Shown here piece after piece: positions 13,253-27,305 of a stretch of 64,000 nucleotides of DNA. The stretch is taken from assembly GCA_040954595.2 (NCBI GenBank), contig CM082579.2, forward strand, positions 6,313,625 to 6,377,624. The letters run 5' to 3'. Both the position numbers and the translations under genes were made by a program. The notes beneath the pieces are model-generated. The model saw nothing but the letters and a program-made list of their open reading frames with translations, was not told where the DNA came from and did no database searches. Position 1 is the first letter of the stretch, and every line of letters begins with the position of its first letter. The DNA is from Balanoglossus misakiensis (lineage: Eukaryota; Animalia; Hemichordata).

Positions 13253-15223
13253 AAGGCTTATGACAATATCCAACACTTGTTGACACGTCACCCGATCCAT
13301 TCATCATGCTTTGACCAACGAGACGATGGCTCGTTCACCTGCATCGATTATTGATTGCGGCGACAGCGCACAGTGCAATCCCTCAAAGTCAACCAGGCTT
13401 GAGTGAGGACACACACATTCCATAAACTACTACACAGTGTGTCCAGTAAAGCATTATTTAATTAAACACCGTCTGGAAACAAGCAGCGGCGTCCACAAGC
13501 AAACGAATCGCACACACAAAAAATATTTACAGAGGAAAGAGAGTGGGTCCATGGCGACCTGATGGAATGAGAAGCCACTACTAGAAGCCTGGGCGCCAGC
13601 GAGAAACATGACAGCTCAATGATAACCTCCTGGGGTGCAGGTGAATGATCAAGCGACAGAGTCAATCTAGTGAGCCCTATTAAAATCATACGCATAATAA
13701 AATCGCGAGATGTGATAATTTAGCTCGTGCGCGACTCTGGGGGAAATCTCGGTTGCGACAGAACCATTAGAGGACATCTCGAAGGTAAGCGAGTCTGACA
13801 TGTCACGGAACAAGAATTTGTGCAACAATACAAAAGAATTTGATCGTGTGTCAGATGTTATTCACCGGGACGTGGCACAATTACTCGGGGTTGTCACTCA
13901 CTTGCAGGGCTCTCCGAAGACCGGGCTCGTCGTCTTTGTTATCATTGCAGTATTGGATGTGCGACATTTGCCGTGGGTGCTGAGAACAGGCTCGCCGAGC
14001 GACAGTTTTTGCCCGCAATGCTTTAGGTTGGAAACATTTAAAAGGCGCGCGGGTGTGGCAACGAGATTACCCCGGATGCTGGACATTCCGTGCTACATGT
14101 ATATCATCAGCAAAGCTATTAACCATGGCATGTACTGCATTATTGCATTTATACAAGTCCTATATAATTAGTCATGTGCTTTTGTGCTGTTGTTGGTGGT
14201 TCTTTTGTCTTCTGCTATGCGCTGTTGAAGGTGTTACACGACGACGCAAATTTCCGGGAAAAGAAGTTGAACATGGCACCAAAACGTTGATTGGATGACA
14301 CGAAGACTCGTCAGCGCACGAATTTCAGCCAAAAATCACGCAGCGTTTCTGCAAAATGGGAGTAAAAATTCGACAATCGACAGAAAAGCACAATTTCTGA
14401 AAGGGTCTGTTTTGTTGCGTCGCAACCTTGACCAAGTCGTTTATCGCCACGATCGAGTGTCGTATCGCAAGATACGAGAGCGGGGCCCCATTCAGCAACA
14501 CAGAATAATTTGTTTTGTGCAGCTTGTTTTGTGCGGCTTGTATCCATCATTTAACTGTGTTTTTCCAAAAATGTAACCACACGCGAAGCGCCGTTGCTTG
14601 TAAGACCCCGGGGGAGGAGAATCTTTCGGAGAGGCTTCCGAACGAATTCCAACAATATTTTCGATTTCTCCACGTCCCGGTGATACACGTAGCTGTTATT
14701 AACCCAGGTCACATGAGAAATTCCTGGTGACTTTTGGAGCTAAAAGGTGACGCTGTAGCGATTACTGAGTGCTTTGTTTGTATTTTTAATAAAAAAAGAG
14801 AAGATATTCGACACACGTTTGGCAAAAAAAAAACACGTACGACCTGTGAATCAACACTGCAACCAATAAAGACTAAGATTCACTCAGGCGAACCCGACTG
14901 CTGAACCGAAATGTTATATACAGATGCACACACATGCAATCCCACTGAGTGTGAACCGTGTGGGGCTCGAGACCAAGCAGCAAAATTAACCCACAAATCG
15001 TCTCGGGTTGCGACAGTGCAGTGCCCCGCAATGGATTAAACGCAGTAGATGATCGAAGGAGACACAAGGAATTTGTCTTGCAGAAGGGCAATAACCTGGC
15101 CTACAAATGCGATGTTTTACTCTCGAATGAACGTTTCAGTTGTAAAAGAGTTATGACAGGAAACATACTATAGCTATAGTACTAGAGTTATTTGTCGTTG
15201 CAATAAACGTCAAATTTGGCATT

Positions 15224-15300
15224 GTCAGTACATTGTCAGTACAGCACAGTACGGTAGAGTACAGCACAGCACAGTACAGTACAATACAGTACAGTACAGT
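15224..15300. repeat. Degenerate (CAGTA)n pentanucleotide repeat
   Basis: cagtacagcacagtacggtagagtacagcacagcacagtacagtac... read directly. Confidence 0.75.
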
Positions 15301-18300
15301 CCGATCCCGTCGACTTCACCTTTCTCGTCCAGCTTTCTCTCGACCAGAGCATGCCAGAAACTACAACATGGGTTTATTTCACGTAAATATTAAGTGAAAA
15401 TGGTTTTATCACATATGCTCAAATTCTCTATAAAAAGAAAACGATTAAATTAAAATGTAATTCGCTCGATAAAGATTTTACATTGACGCGTACCTGAATG
15501 CTACACATTGTGTGCAGTGAAAATTACTTGTAACTGTCGGTATTGTCCGGCTAAATACTCTTTTGAAATATTTTTTTTTCGCAGATTTAAACTGGAAGAA
15601 TAGACGATTGGAATCGATTTTGCATCAATGCATTTGAAACTCCCATTCACTGACCAAATCAATATTGCTATATATTTTAATTGGCTCGCGACGTGGCGCA
15701 AGGAGACCCCGGCCCACTTCTTCGCTTTTTGTGCGCTTTGGGGAATTGCTTGCACGCTGTCAAATATACGGGTGATTACGGTTTAAAAAATGCTCGGATG
15801 CAGGTCAGTTCATCCCAAAGGATCCTAATTGCCAAAATATGAAAAAAGAAGATCCTCCTAAGTGACGCCATCTTTCACGGAAGACGTCCGTGGACTCTTT
15901 GCTGGAACACGCAGTCATTAAAATCGATATAAAAGACCAGATACTATGCAATATAATGTCTTCGTCCGTTTGATATCAAGTTAGTTACTTTCTACAGATA
16001 TTATATGTAACTAGAAATTAGAATCCAAGGAAAACACGAAAAGTCCCTTTTCCTGGCTATACAAAAATAAGAAATTGCCAGATTTTTTTTCAACCACTTT
16101 TCTACGCTGCATTCCATATTCTATGTGATTTCCTTCGGGTTATTCACAGTGTTCACAATCAATCGAAACCACCAAATAGTGAACGCTTCTTAAACATTCA
16201 GGGCACGAGGAACCGTGTGGTATGGAGAGAATACATTTCTACATGACTGACAGTCATTTTCATTGATCTGAACAAACAATCTCAATTTTGTGCAGCGCGT
16301 GGTTCGACGGCGTGGCGGAAAATTGACACATTCCTACCGGTGCTACCGACGGCACTTGGCGTGCACCACAAGCCACTTCTGTGAACATGTACATGTACAT
16401 GGAAACCAGATAGTGAGTGGCGACTACTCTATCTTTAATCAGTTTATCAAATGGCATGGCAAACGTCATACGAGCTGTTGACAGCATTACCCTGAATTGG
16501 GAACATCTGTCGGTGAGAATTTCACTCCCGCGGCCAAGGTGTGCACTATATAAGTTTGCCGCACAAAAGCTAATATGCGCAGCTATAACGCGTTTTATTT
16601 TCCAATCTCATGTCAAAGCCGGGAGACGCCGAGAGAAAGTACAAGGATGACGAAATTATATCGTCTGCTATCATGTTTGTGTGTGTCGAAGTGATATGTC
16701 CTGCCAGCAAAAATGTGATAAGCTCTTATTGGAAATTTAGAAAGCCGGCAAATGCAAACACTGGATGTGTAAAAACACTTACGAGAGTGTACGGAAGGGC
16801 ACAGCTGCACATACACACAATTTTAATGTCAGAGGCGGCATTGAAATTGACTTTTAGAGTAAGAGACGTCACCGTGACGTGTCGGTGTAATATGTGTCAC
16901 GTGGGCAAAGTAATCACCAGCGGAAGCAGCAACTTCAATACCAAGACGAGTAGCTGCATGTCACTTTTGATTCTTTGGGGTTAAAATCCGTCTTTAGCAG
17001 TTGTCCCATGTGCACGGAAGACGTGTGGTTTATCAAACTATTCTTGAAAAGTGATGTGCTTTCGTGATTTAAATACTACTTGATTGAAATGTGCCAGGGA
17101 GGTCACCAGTTCTTTCTCTGGGAAGCATTCTCAGGGGGGTTGCCTGTTAACAGCTATAAATAATTGCTTTAAAGAAATGTTTTCACAGTGAACTGATAAT
17201 GTTATTGCTTTGTATAGGAGAATTCATTGATTGTATGTAGAGTTTGGCATTTTTTCACATTTTTCTCGACTTTGCGAATTTTGATGATGTTGTCATTTTT
17301 CGACATTTTTCATGGGTTATAGCTCATGAAAGACAGTCAGAAGTAGTAATAAACATTGATTTAATACTTCCTTTACGGTGTACGATACGAGTATATTCCA
17401 AACACACCAATTCTGCAACCATAAACGATATCGTCCCTAATAAATCCCCGGCGACTTCAAAAGACTTTCTCTCACAGTTTAAGAGTAAACATCGAGAGGC
17501 TAATATGGCGGAAACTGTCCCTGCGATTGCTATGGTATTTTACAACTTGCCGTGACAAATACGCGTTGTAATGGATATTAAAAGTGTGATCTGATTCGTC
17601 ATAATGAAATCCGTAGTTTTATAACCTAAACATGTGCCGACAGGTTCTCTGCCACGTTGGGTCAAAGAAGTCGCGCTGCTCATCTATGCAATAAATCACT
17701 GATAGTAGTCAGATGAATATTGGCGAAATAAAATGCTCAACTTTTGGCAATAACACGTATCCCGATCCAGGAACTCTGGCGCCATAAATATGTCATAATA
17801 TGCTAACATTCTGAAAAATTACATGGAAATATAGTGTCAAATGTATGTATGTATCATTGTATGTGTATGTATGGGTTGCTTCGTTGATCTCTGTCTCTCT
17901 GTCTCTCTCTCTGTCTCAATGTGTAGACTTCGGAAGGCACATTCGTGCACCTGTTATGCACCTAGGCCTAGTTGAAGATTGAATTGAAAGCTGACCTATC
18001 ATAAAAAACCTAACTCGATCACTGCGTACTGTCCGTCTCTCTGTTCCCAATTCTTGGTTTGTTAGTTTTTCTGCAGTCGCCATAGTTCCAGTCACGCCCG
18101 ATTTCTGAATGTGCTATAGTCATTACAAATTAACCTAGCAGTACAACAAATGTACATCTGTGTACAGGAATACCGGGGACTAAATGCACAATGGTAACAG
18201 AAGGTGCGTCACACGGCATTTCCACGCATCGTTTGTTGGACAATCGTCGCAGACAGGTGGTTCTAATTTCGCGTTAATCGCACCATTTGGTGTAAAAAGT

Positions 18301-19523
18301 GAGGATCACATACCCCATTGTGATGAAAAGACGCCAACTTAATGTGTCTCAGAACGGGGGGACAATGAAACTTACCGGTAAGCGAAAAACGCTCGTGTGT
18401 AAGAGTGCGCTAGGGCGTCCAGCGAGCGGCCCCGATCGCATGCGGAATTGTAAGCAGATCGTGGAAACATTGACACTGCGGTGTAACGTCTTCCCAACCA
18501 ATCTAGCGAATAATGAAACTATTTCGCTTGCACAATGATATAAATCTCTCGAGCGTATGTCTAGCGATATTCAATTTCCGTCGTGTGCGTAGTGCAACAT
18601 CATAATCAGCTTACAGGCCGAACCTCCAGGGTACAATTTGATGGATATGTTTGTACGTTCTTCGATCGTTTACTTCTCAAAACGATCTGAATGCATAAAC
18701 AATAAAGTTTTTTAAAGAACGGTGTACCCACTCGAATTTGGTCAAAAAAGGAGAACGACACCGTCATTGCGCTCGCGTCTGACGTCACGACAAAAAGCCT
18801 GAGAGAGCGCAAGAATTTGAGACCTACTTGTAAATGTCGGTGCACTCTGCGCAGAAGAAAGACAAAAGTCGCCATTTTGGAATTAAGTGAATGAGACCAT
18901 AATAGTTTATGTTAAACTTTGGTCCACTTTAAAGCTTAATAATTTAAAGGTCAGGAAGGCAAATGGCGGAATTTAAGAGTTGGGGATGGAGCGCTTTTAT
19001 AGCGAACGGAATGGTCGATAAACCCAGCGGTTTGTTGACGAGGTCACGAGGGAATGCCCGCGAACAAACGATGTAAACTGACATTTCACACGATTCGAAC
19101 ATTTGAGCCTCTTAGCAGACACTATGTCGTGCAGTCAATAATTCAGTGTTTCCAGTGCGAATTTAACACATTTTGTGGTCATGTGAGAAAAAGAATCTAA
19201 CATACCAACGACATGGGACAAGATTTCTTACACCCATTGGGAATATTTTGTTTCTCACTCGACTGCGTCACGGTGTCACGTGAGACTAGGTTTCCGCAAC
19301 TCGTTGTGAGAGCAATCTAATCCAAGGTCCTTGGTGGCGTGAGATTCTATTAGTCTGTGTTGAAATCGTATTAAAATGAAACAAAAATCTAGTTATTTTA
19401 AATTCCCTAGGTCAACACGGTCAATATTAACAAAAACTTCTATCACGCATCATATTGAACCAACAGGTTCCTCAAGCCAGTCTCTATACGGTATGCAAGT
19501 CACGTGGCCATTAAATTATTTTC

Positions 19524-19554
19524 TGTGTGTGTGTGTGTGTGTGTGTGTTTGTGT
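19524..19554. repeat. (TG)n microsatellite
   Basis: tgtgtgtg run read directly. Confidence 0.85.
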
Positions 19555-19557
19555 GAT

Positions 19558-19694
19558 GCAAATATAAGCAGAACGGAACTACTTTCTGGGTGTAAACAGA
19601 CTCAAAAAGATCGGCGAAGTGCGGCGGTTATTCTCGGGCAAATGTAAGCAGAACGGAGCTACTTTCTGGATGTAAACAGACTCAAAAAGATCGG
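19558..19694. repeat. Local direct duplication: two ~57-bp copies, 80-bp period
   Basis: gcaaatRtaagcagaacggaRctactttctggRtgtaaacagactcaaaaagatcgg starts at 19558 and 19638, with 3 transition differences. Confidence 0.85.
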
Positions 19695-20525
19695 GCCATT
19701 CTTCTCCTTGCCGACTATAGTCCGAAGAACAAAATAATAGTTGTCAGTATATTAGCAACCTCTAAGTCAGTTCCCGTGAATTCAATATAATTCAAAACAA
19801 GGACAACCGCAGTGCATTTGGGTTGAGCGATTTGACTTCAACTTGAAACTAGGGAGCAAAGAATTTCGCCTTGTTGGTTGCCACGGCTAAAGCAGCCCGC
19901 AAACCATAATCTGTAAACGTATTAGTCATTGGGTTGTCAACACTCGTGCACGATTAATCATTCATCGGCGGCAGCGTTGTTTCTCCGAGGATAGCCAGCC
20001 CTGGATACCGAATTCTGCCCTCAGTCCATACCGCCAATGACGCATGCGCCACATCAGAGGATGCTGCCGCGGTGAAACTACCCGACACACACAAAACATG
20101 TTTTCAAAACTTCCGAAAATGTGATCTTGGAATTATTTGGCTTAAAATCTGCACTACACGGTTATAGCAATGTGTTTCACTTTTTTTGTCAGAGAATTAT
20201 TAGCCTAGTATCTGGTGTGCCTTTTTGTGGCCACACAAAATAATTACAAGCAAACAAACAAACAAACAAACAGCCAGACAAGCGTTTTGCATTGAACGGT
20301 CATGGTAATGGCCTGATACACTGTTGGGAAAAATGATGAAAAAGGCATCCCTGAAAATCAATCACAGAATCTGATCCACTGTTATTTTGATGTAAGATTA
20401 TCATGATTATATTAAGGACTGAACTAATTATGTTAATAACAATACCACTTCCTGACTATACTTTTATGTTCAATCAATAGCGGGAAAAACACATTAAATT
20501 TGATAGATTTCAAGGGAACGTGTAA

Positions 20526-21316
20526 GGCTGCATTCACAAACACCTCTGGAGGGGGGGGCAGGAGAATTGAGGGGGGGGATTTGAAAAAATTGAGGGTATG
20601 TAAGGGGGGGGATTTGAAATAATTTAGCGACTGAAAGGGGGGGACTTGAAAACTTTAACGACTAAATATTTATTTTGAGTCCACAAAAATGCAGTTTCGC
20701 GCCCTTTATTTTACAAATGTGGGAGGGGGACACCCCCTCCCACACCCACCCCTTCCATTCATCAACACCTTTCAATCATTCACTGGTTTATCTAGTGTCC
20801 CAGGTCAGGGGACTTGCCCCACCCCATGATAACTTTGAGCGGCGACGGTTAAATTTGTCCTCCCCACCATACCGGTAGTTGAGTTAATTTGCTTTTGCCG
20901 GGTTCATTAAAATGCAGTTTTGAGCTCTGTATTTTAGAAAATTTTCTTACGTGGGAGGGGGACACCCCCTCCCAAACCCACCCCCTTCAATTCTCGGTTT
21001 ACAATGTCTCCCAACACAGAATACAAATATATGTACTTAAAAAATAAAAACAATGTTCAGTTTTAATACCCACTGATGAGGGGAAACATCAGTTTCAAAT
21101 TCTTTTCATGGGAGCGCTGTTTTTCTTTTTACAAGATAGATAGGTGATGTGTTTTGCTCTGTGAAAGAAAATGGGGGGGGGGATTTCAAAATTTTGGCAG
21201 TTCGGAAGGGGGGATTTGAAAATATTGGCAGTTCGGAAGGGGGGCATGTGAAAATTAGCGGTAAAAAAAATTGAATTCTCCCGCCCCCCCCTCCAGAGGT
21301 GTTTGTGAATGCAGCC
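20526..21316. mobile_element. PIF/Harbinger-type (Tourist-like) MITE, 791 bp
   Basis: ~43-bp near-perfect TIRs GGCTGCATTCACAAACACCTCTGGAGGGGGGGGC(A/G)GGAGAATT. TAA on both flanks (20523-20525 and 21317-21319) is a 3-bp TSD typical of PIF/Harbinger. Subterminal GGGGGGATTTGAAA repeats; no transposase ORF. Confidence 0.88.
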
Positions 21317-23382
21317 TAACAGCGTCTTTCTCGTCAGGGAAGGAGGCAATTTGCATGCAAGTTCAATGTTCAGCGCTAGGCTGACTCTGTTTGGCCGAAC
21401 CACGAAAAGGAATAGTAGATTGTAAGCGTGATAAGTATGAGTGCGGTCCTTACTCTTGTAGTATCAGTTGGAGGAATCTAACGCATCATTTCAGGCCCTC
21501 AGTTTGTGATTAACTATTAACCACTTCAAACATTGTCCTAGGGCAGTGGTGTAGCCAAATTGCTTTCTTTTTCCGGTGAAGCGTCAACGAGTGCACGATT
21601 GAAGATTAATTGTGAGTCGAATATTTCATTCCTGTGCCCATATGGCCAGGACATAATGGCCCTTCGTGTCGTCACCTTTCCTTCGCAGGAAACAAACTTG
21701 CCTAATGTTAAAATAAATCCCCACTGATCAATCAGATAAACAAAGACATTGACGTTGGTGTCATTAATTCGTGGCGATTGTGAAAAATGATACCGGATTG
21801 ATGCGTTCCGTGTGGTGCTTACAGCCTCTGAGGATATTGAACCGTGCGATGCTGGATGAAGACTGAAGTTCTTTGGAAAACTCACAGTGAGTTTGTTACG
21901 ATTACATTCAATCATACACTGTCAGTTGTCGCTCATGCCTTCTTTGCCTAAAACAGCAACATAGGCACTATCATAGCAGGTATACAGTACTAGGTATACA
22001 GAAACAACAGACAGTTATATAGCACATGAATCAATGGCCAAAAACGGCGCACAAGCGGCTCTCGGTCCGCGGTATAAGTTGCATTGATACATTTTTTTCC
22101 AAGGATTGTACAAATCCACAATAATCCTTCTGGCAAAATCTGGAAATGGACTTGGCCATATATAGCAGGCTTCGAATGTAAAATAATTATTGTATCTCGG
22201 TTATTAACACAGAAATCGATCGCGCTGCAGTAGAATTTTGATGTATTGTTTACCAACTAAATCAAACTTGGAGATGAAAGGTGTTTCGGAGAAAAGAATA
22301 ATTGATATCACCGGCATTTTAATCACTCAGCACCATACGGCGCCCGATGTAATTCTCCTCAATGTTCGCATTCCACTTGATTTCGTACGTCAGAGAGATC
22401 GAGATTCCACGATCGAATCAACGCATTTGAAGTTAAAAATACTTTTATACCTTCACCAAAGCTGCAAGTCTTCGCTCAGTGTAGAGAAGGATTTATTGGG
22501 CGGGTGGTGTTTTTGACAGATTGTACAATGGACAGGAATCACGCGTTTATGGGTTAACATTACTGGGGAAATACTGAGTATAGTCAACAACCTTTGTTGT
22601 GGGTCGGCTGTCAGTCCTTTTTTTATCGGGAAATCACAATCAAAAGATGGACGGTAAAAATTGAGCGATAAATGCGCTAGACGCGGTACTCATAAAGTGG
22701 AAGAGGGATTTATCTATCTGTTATGGGTGAAAGTAAAAATGTTTATCGATTGACTTTATTTTTATTCATTTGACTGTACCCACTTCATCTCCGTCATCTT
22801 CCTGACAGTTTCCCCACAATGATATTCCTACTACGCACAAGAAGGGTGATCATGACTATTTGTCTAAGTGGAAATCTTCACGTACAACAACCTCATCGGA
22901 CCTATTTTCAACAACTGTCACGTGCCTCACCGAGGCTTTGACAGATTTTAGGGGCAACAGTAATGACGGACCATGATTAAAAAATATTCGAGACTACAAC
23001 ATATCAAAAAATGGCTAAAATTGAGTCGTGTGCAATACCTTGACAAGAAACGAACGCATGCGACATGAAGGGTTATACATGTAATACATATGTGTTGAAT
23101 CCAATTAAATTGTCCCCGAGTTCAAAAATGATAATATTTGTCTACACGTACACGTCACTGCTCATGTCAAACAAGGTCGTACAAACGGTCCATCCTGTTT
23201 ACAACAATATTCGTCCTTTCTGTTTTTTAACAAAGGGAACAGCGCGCCTCGATACCTTGGTGATTCGCATTGACTTTGAATTGTATTGAATTGAATGGAT
23301 TTGGCCACATACCATATAAAACACGGCTTCAGCAATAATGATAGACTTCTAGAATATTTATAATAACACTATAAAGGATAAT

Positions 23383-23889
23383 TGTTACGGCGAAAAAAAT
23401 AAATAAATAAATGACTACCTTAAATGTGACCAGGTGTGGGAAATGAAAGACTAAAGTCCAAGGTTCTGTAGCGCACGACGAACGCGACCAGCACCACGGC
23501 AGTCCCAACAGCGACGTTCAGTCCGAGTAGCGTTCTGGCACAATTCCCCGGTAGACGGCACGGCTTTCGGACGAATTCCCCATGAGGTAGCACGACTTCT
23601 GGGGGCGGTTTCCAGACCAGGGCAGTGAGCATGAAATACAGCACAGCTTCTGGACGCGGTTTCCAGACCAGTGCAGCACGAAATAAGGCACAGCTTCCAA
23701 GCCGGCGAGGAACAGAACAGCTCACACGGGCAAGTCCAAATTAGTAGCTACGCCGCAACACAACGTGCGGGCTTTTCATATGGGGAAAATAATGAATGCA
23801 CCACACCTGGCCACGCAAATATTCAAATTACGAAAGTAAGCGAAAACACACCTGGTCACAAAGCAACAGCAAACTTCTCTTACGTAACA
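23383..23889. mobile_element. Solo LTR (Gypsy-like), 507 bp
   Basis: Starts TGTTACG and ends CGTAACA (7-bp inverted TG...CA termini), flanked by a 4-bp direct repeat TAAT (23379-23382, 23890-23893). A highly similar second copy lies at 59665-60085. Confidence 0.8.
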
Positions 23890-25429
23890 TAATACACGCA
23901 CGAAAATCACGCAGGAACTGTTCAACCTTCGAAATGGAATGTTTTAGAGTCTTTTTTCGAATACGTGTCTAATAGAAAACGCTTCAGCTGTTGAATTCTA
24001 GTGGTTAGTACATATCATATTTTCTAGATTTTTACTGGTCGTGGGCAAAATGGCAGTAGTCAAAAATAAAAATAAAGATTCATAAGTGGAATTTCCCTGT
24101 AAATACCAGCACTGGGGGGGAAGTTGGGGAGTTATTATGCGAAGTTTTCTTTATAAGTAAAATTACGTGTGGGAGTACATGTATCTTCATTTTGCCGAAC
24201 AAAACTACATGATTGTATGCACAGTAAGCGTAGTCCACCTTCAAATTGATTACACAATTGCCCTCAAACATCTTCACGTATATGCGGAAGGAGTACCGCA
24301 AAGACAAACGAATCATTACGTTTCCGTTTTTCCGCATTGAGTGCCCTGAGCATGAAATCTGCGGAATACATAACCAGCTCATATGTCTGTCGGGTTCAAT
24401 TTATTCAACAAATTATGTAAGCAGCCGAGGCGATCGCCGAAAATAAATGAAAACCAGCGAACCGAATACTGAAGGCGATATTATTGATTTCATCATTGTA
24501 GCCCAGAAGAAGATACGCTGTCAATACTTCACGCTGATTAGGAATGTCGTGAATGCACGCTATTATGAAATGATAAAATTTGTGTAGCCCCCCAAGCGGC
24601 GGGAATCGATCCGGCCATCTCTGCGTATCATTTATGAGGCAAATGCAAACGTTTTTTCGCAGTTTTTGTTGTGAATAAAGGCCAGTGAATGAAAAAACGT
24701 TTCCCTCGGCGCACCGCCCTTATCTTCTTCTTTTTCACACATTCGAAAACTGCCTTCACAAGTTGTTGCGCTGTGGGGCGCGGCTTTCTTCATTTCGCAA
24801 AGTAAAGACACAAAGAGGTGTCGCAAACACATGCCCGATATGCCATTTTATCGTATCGAATTCCGCAAAGAAGAGCGCACGGAATTCTTCGTGAAAAGGG
24901 ACAATTTCATTTCCTCGACATTTCCGCCTGGGACTCTTTATGTCAGTCGGGAACAAAGTGGGTTTGACAGACAGGTACTTGTTTCGTCCGAGCTGTACGC
25001 GCAGTAAGAAAACGGAGTTGTACACAGCGTGTTTCCTAACTGTCCGTTCGTAGGCCTTGGGGTAGCATACACATTACATGGGAATTAATCGCAAGGCCCA
25101 TTGCATGTTAATCCGTGAAATACACCATGTTACATATTAGGAAAGCAACTCGTATATGCGTACACTCAAAACGACTTCATTCGAATATTGATATAAGACA
25201 TAAATCAGTTTCTGAGTGAAATACTAGCGTAATTAAAAGCCTCTGTGAAACACAGAAATGACGTAAATCTTTCCATTACCGGCCTAACGTTGTACGTAAT
25301 TAAAACAAACGTATGCTCAGCTTTGAAATATAAATTGACATATCCTTTATTTTGACATACTTACAGCTAGAGGCTTAGACTAAAAGACTTTGAAGTACTT
25401 TGAAAGGGTGGAGAGAGTGTTATAATATT

Positions 25430-27305
25430 AAATATAGCTGTGAACAGCAATAAGCGGGTTTCGAGACACTGCTAGCCCTATTGGTTCGCCTGGAGATAGA
25501 TATGTGCATATTTAATTAGTCAGGGTGGAGGATGTGGGAAAGTTGGTCAAACGTCATGTGAGGTCACCCTAAATATGAGCAGAAAATTTTGACACTATAT
25601 TGGTCCATGTCCAATAAAAACAACACATCTAGCCCTATTGGTTCGTGTGTACTTAGTTATGCACATAGTTAGGCAGGTGTCACAGGTGGTCCTAAATTTT
25701 GGCTACTTATTTTGGTACCATCCTCCCAAACACCTAAGCTGTACCTGCTGTGGATGCCGAGATATGCGGGAGTAGGTCAAAGGTCACCCAAGGTCACCCG
25801 AAATTTGGGGGGAAAATTTGACCCCATACTGGTCCATGTCCAACAAACACCAGACCTGTAGTCCTGTTAGTTCGCCTGGAATTAGGTATGCACATAATTA
25901 ATGAGTAAGGCAGGTGTCACAGGTGACCCTAAATTTTGGCTTCTTATTTTGGTTCCATCCACCCAAACACCTAAGCTGTACCTGCTCTAGATGCTGAGAT
26001 ATGTGGAAGTAGGTCAAAGGTCACCCAAGGTCACCCAAAATGTGGGCAAAAACATTTGACCCCATAGTGGTACATATCCAACAAACACCAGACCTGTAGC
26101 CCCCTTGGTTCGCCTAGAATTAGGTATGCACATAATTAATGAGTTAGGCAGGTGTTACAGGTGACCCTAAATTTTGGCTTCTTATTTTGGTACCATCCAC
26201 CCAAACACCTAAGCTGTACCTCCTGTAAATGCCGAGATATGAGGAAGTAGGTCAAAGGTCACCCAAGGTCACCCCAAATTTTGGGGGATAATTTGACCCC
26301 ATACTGGTTCATGTCCAACAAAAATCAGACCTGTAGCCCTATTGGTTTGCCTGGAATTAGGTATGCACATAATTAATGAGTTAGGCAGGTGTCACAGGTG
26401 ACCCTTGAATTTGGCTTCTTATTTTGGTACCATCCACCCAAACACCTAAGCTGTACCTGCTCTGGATGCCGAGATATGCGGAAGAAGGTCAAAGGTCACT
26501 CAAGGTCACCCCAAATTTTGGGGGATAATTTGACCCCATACTGGTCCATGTCTAACAAAAATCAGACCTGTAGCCCTATTGGTTTGCCTCGAATTAGGTA
26601 TGCACATAATTAATGAGTTAGGCAGGTGTCACAGGTGACCCTTGAATTAATTTGGCTTCTTTTTGTGGTCCTATGCTGCACACTGGCCGATAGGACTATT
26701 GCACCAACCAGAATTCTACAAAACGACTTGGCCATAGCTTAACTATAGTGGAATACGTATAGGTATAGATTTCATAAAAAAATTAATATAAAAAAATCGG
26801 TCGATTTTTCATATTATTTTTTCCAGTTGGAACTGATTGTTGGAAGGTAGGCTAGCTGCACAATAAATTTGAAGCTGATCAGCCCAGCGGATGTTGAGAT
26901 ATTGGGCATAAATCTAAGATCCTAGGTGGCCATAGCTTAACTATGGAAAGTATAGGCCTAAGGCTGGGTCCAATGGTCTTGAAAAATATGAAAAATAATG
27001 ATTTAAAAATCATCTCCTCAAAATCGGCAAAGACTTGAACATTGAAATTTTGCATATAGGACCCTGGCCATATGGTCCACAAAGTTTGTTCAAAGAATTT
27101 TGATTCGTCATTTTTTATGCAAATGAGATCAATTTTAAACTTTCAATCCAAGATGGCTGCCAGGTCATGTGACCTGTTGCCATAGTTACATGATCAGAAA
27201 ATTACTTGCTTTGAGTTTTACCTATGAGCCAAATTTCAAGTCATTGGGTGCAACGGTCTTCGAATAGCGGCTGTTTTTAAGAGTGGGAAGAAGAATAATA
27301 ATAAT
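25430..27305 (-). mobile_element. HINE copy A1 (outermost host); its terminus is displaced to 36200-36229
   Basis: Stem-loop GCTG-TGAA-CAGC at 25437-25448, subTIR GGGTTTCGAGAC at 25456-25467, about five 237-238-bp cores (first degenerate). Interrupted inside its (AAT)n tract by copy A2. Confidence 0.8.

Noticed and set aside
18780-18880. Possible distal first exon or promoter (TGACGTCA, AAAATGGCG, donor-like GTAGGT on minus)
   Set aside because: Short motifs expected by chance; nothing links them to the receptor transcript.
23488-23506. REST/RE1-like site CCAGCACCACGGCAGTCCC
   Set aside because: One base is missing from the GGACAG half-site, it lies inside an LTR, and it is not kept in the second copy.
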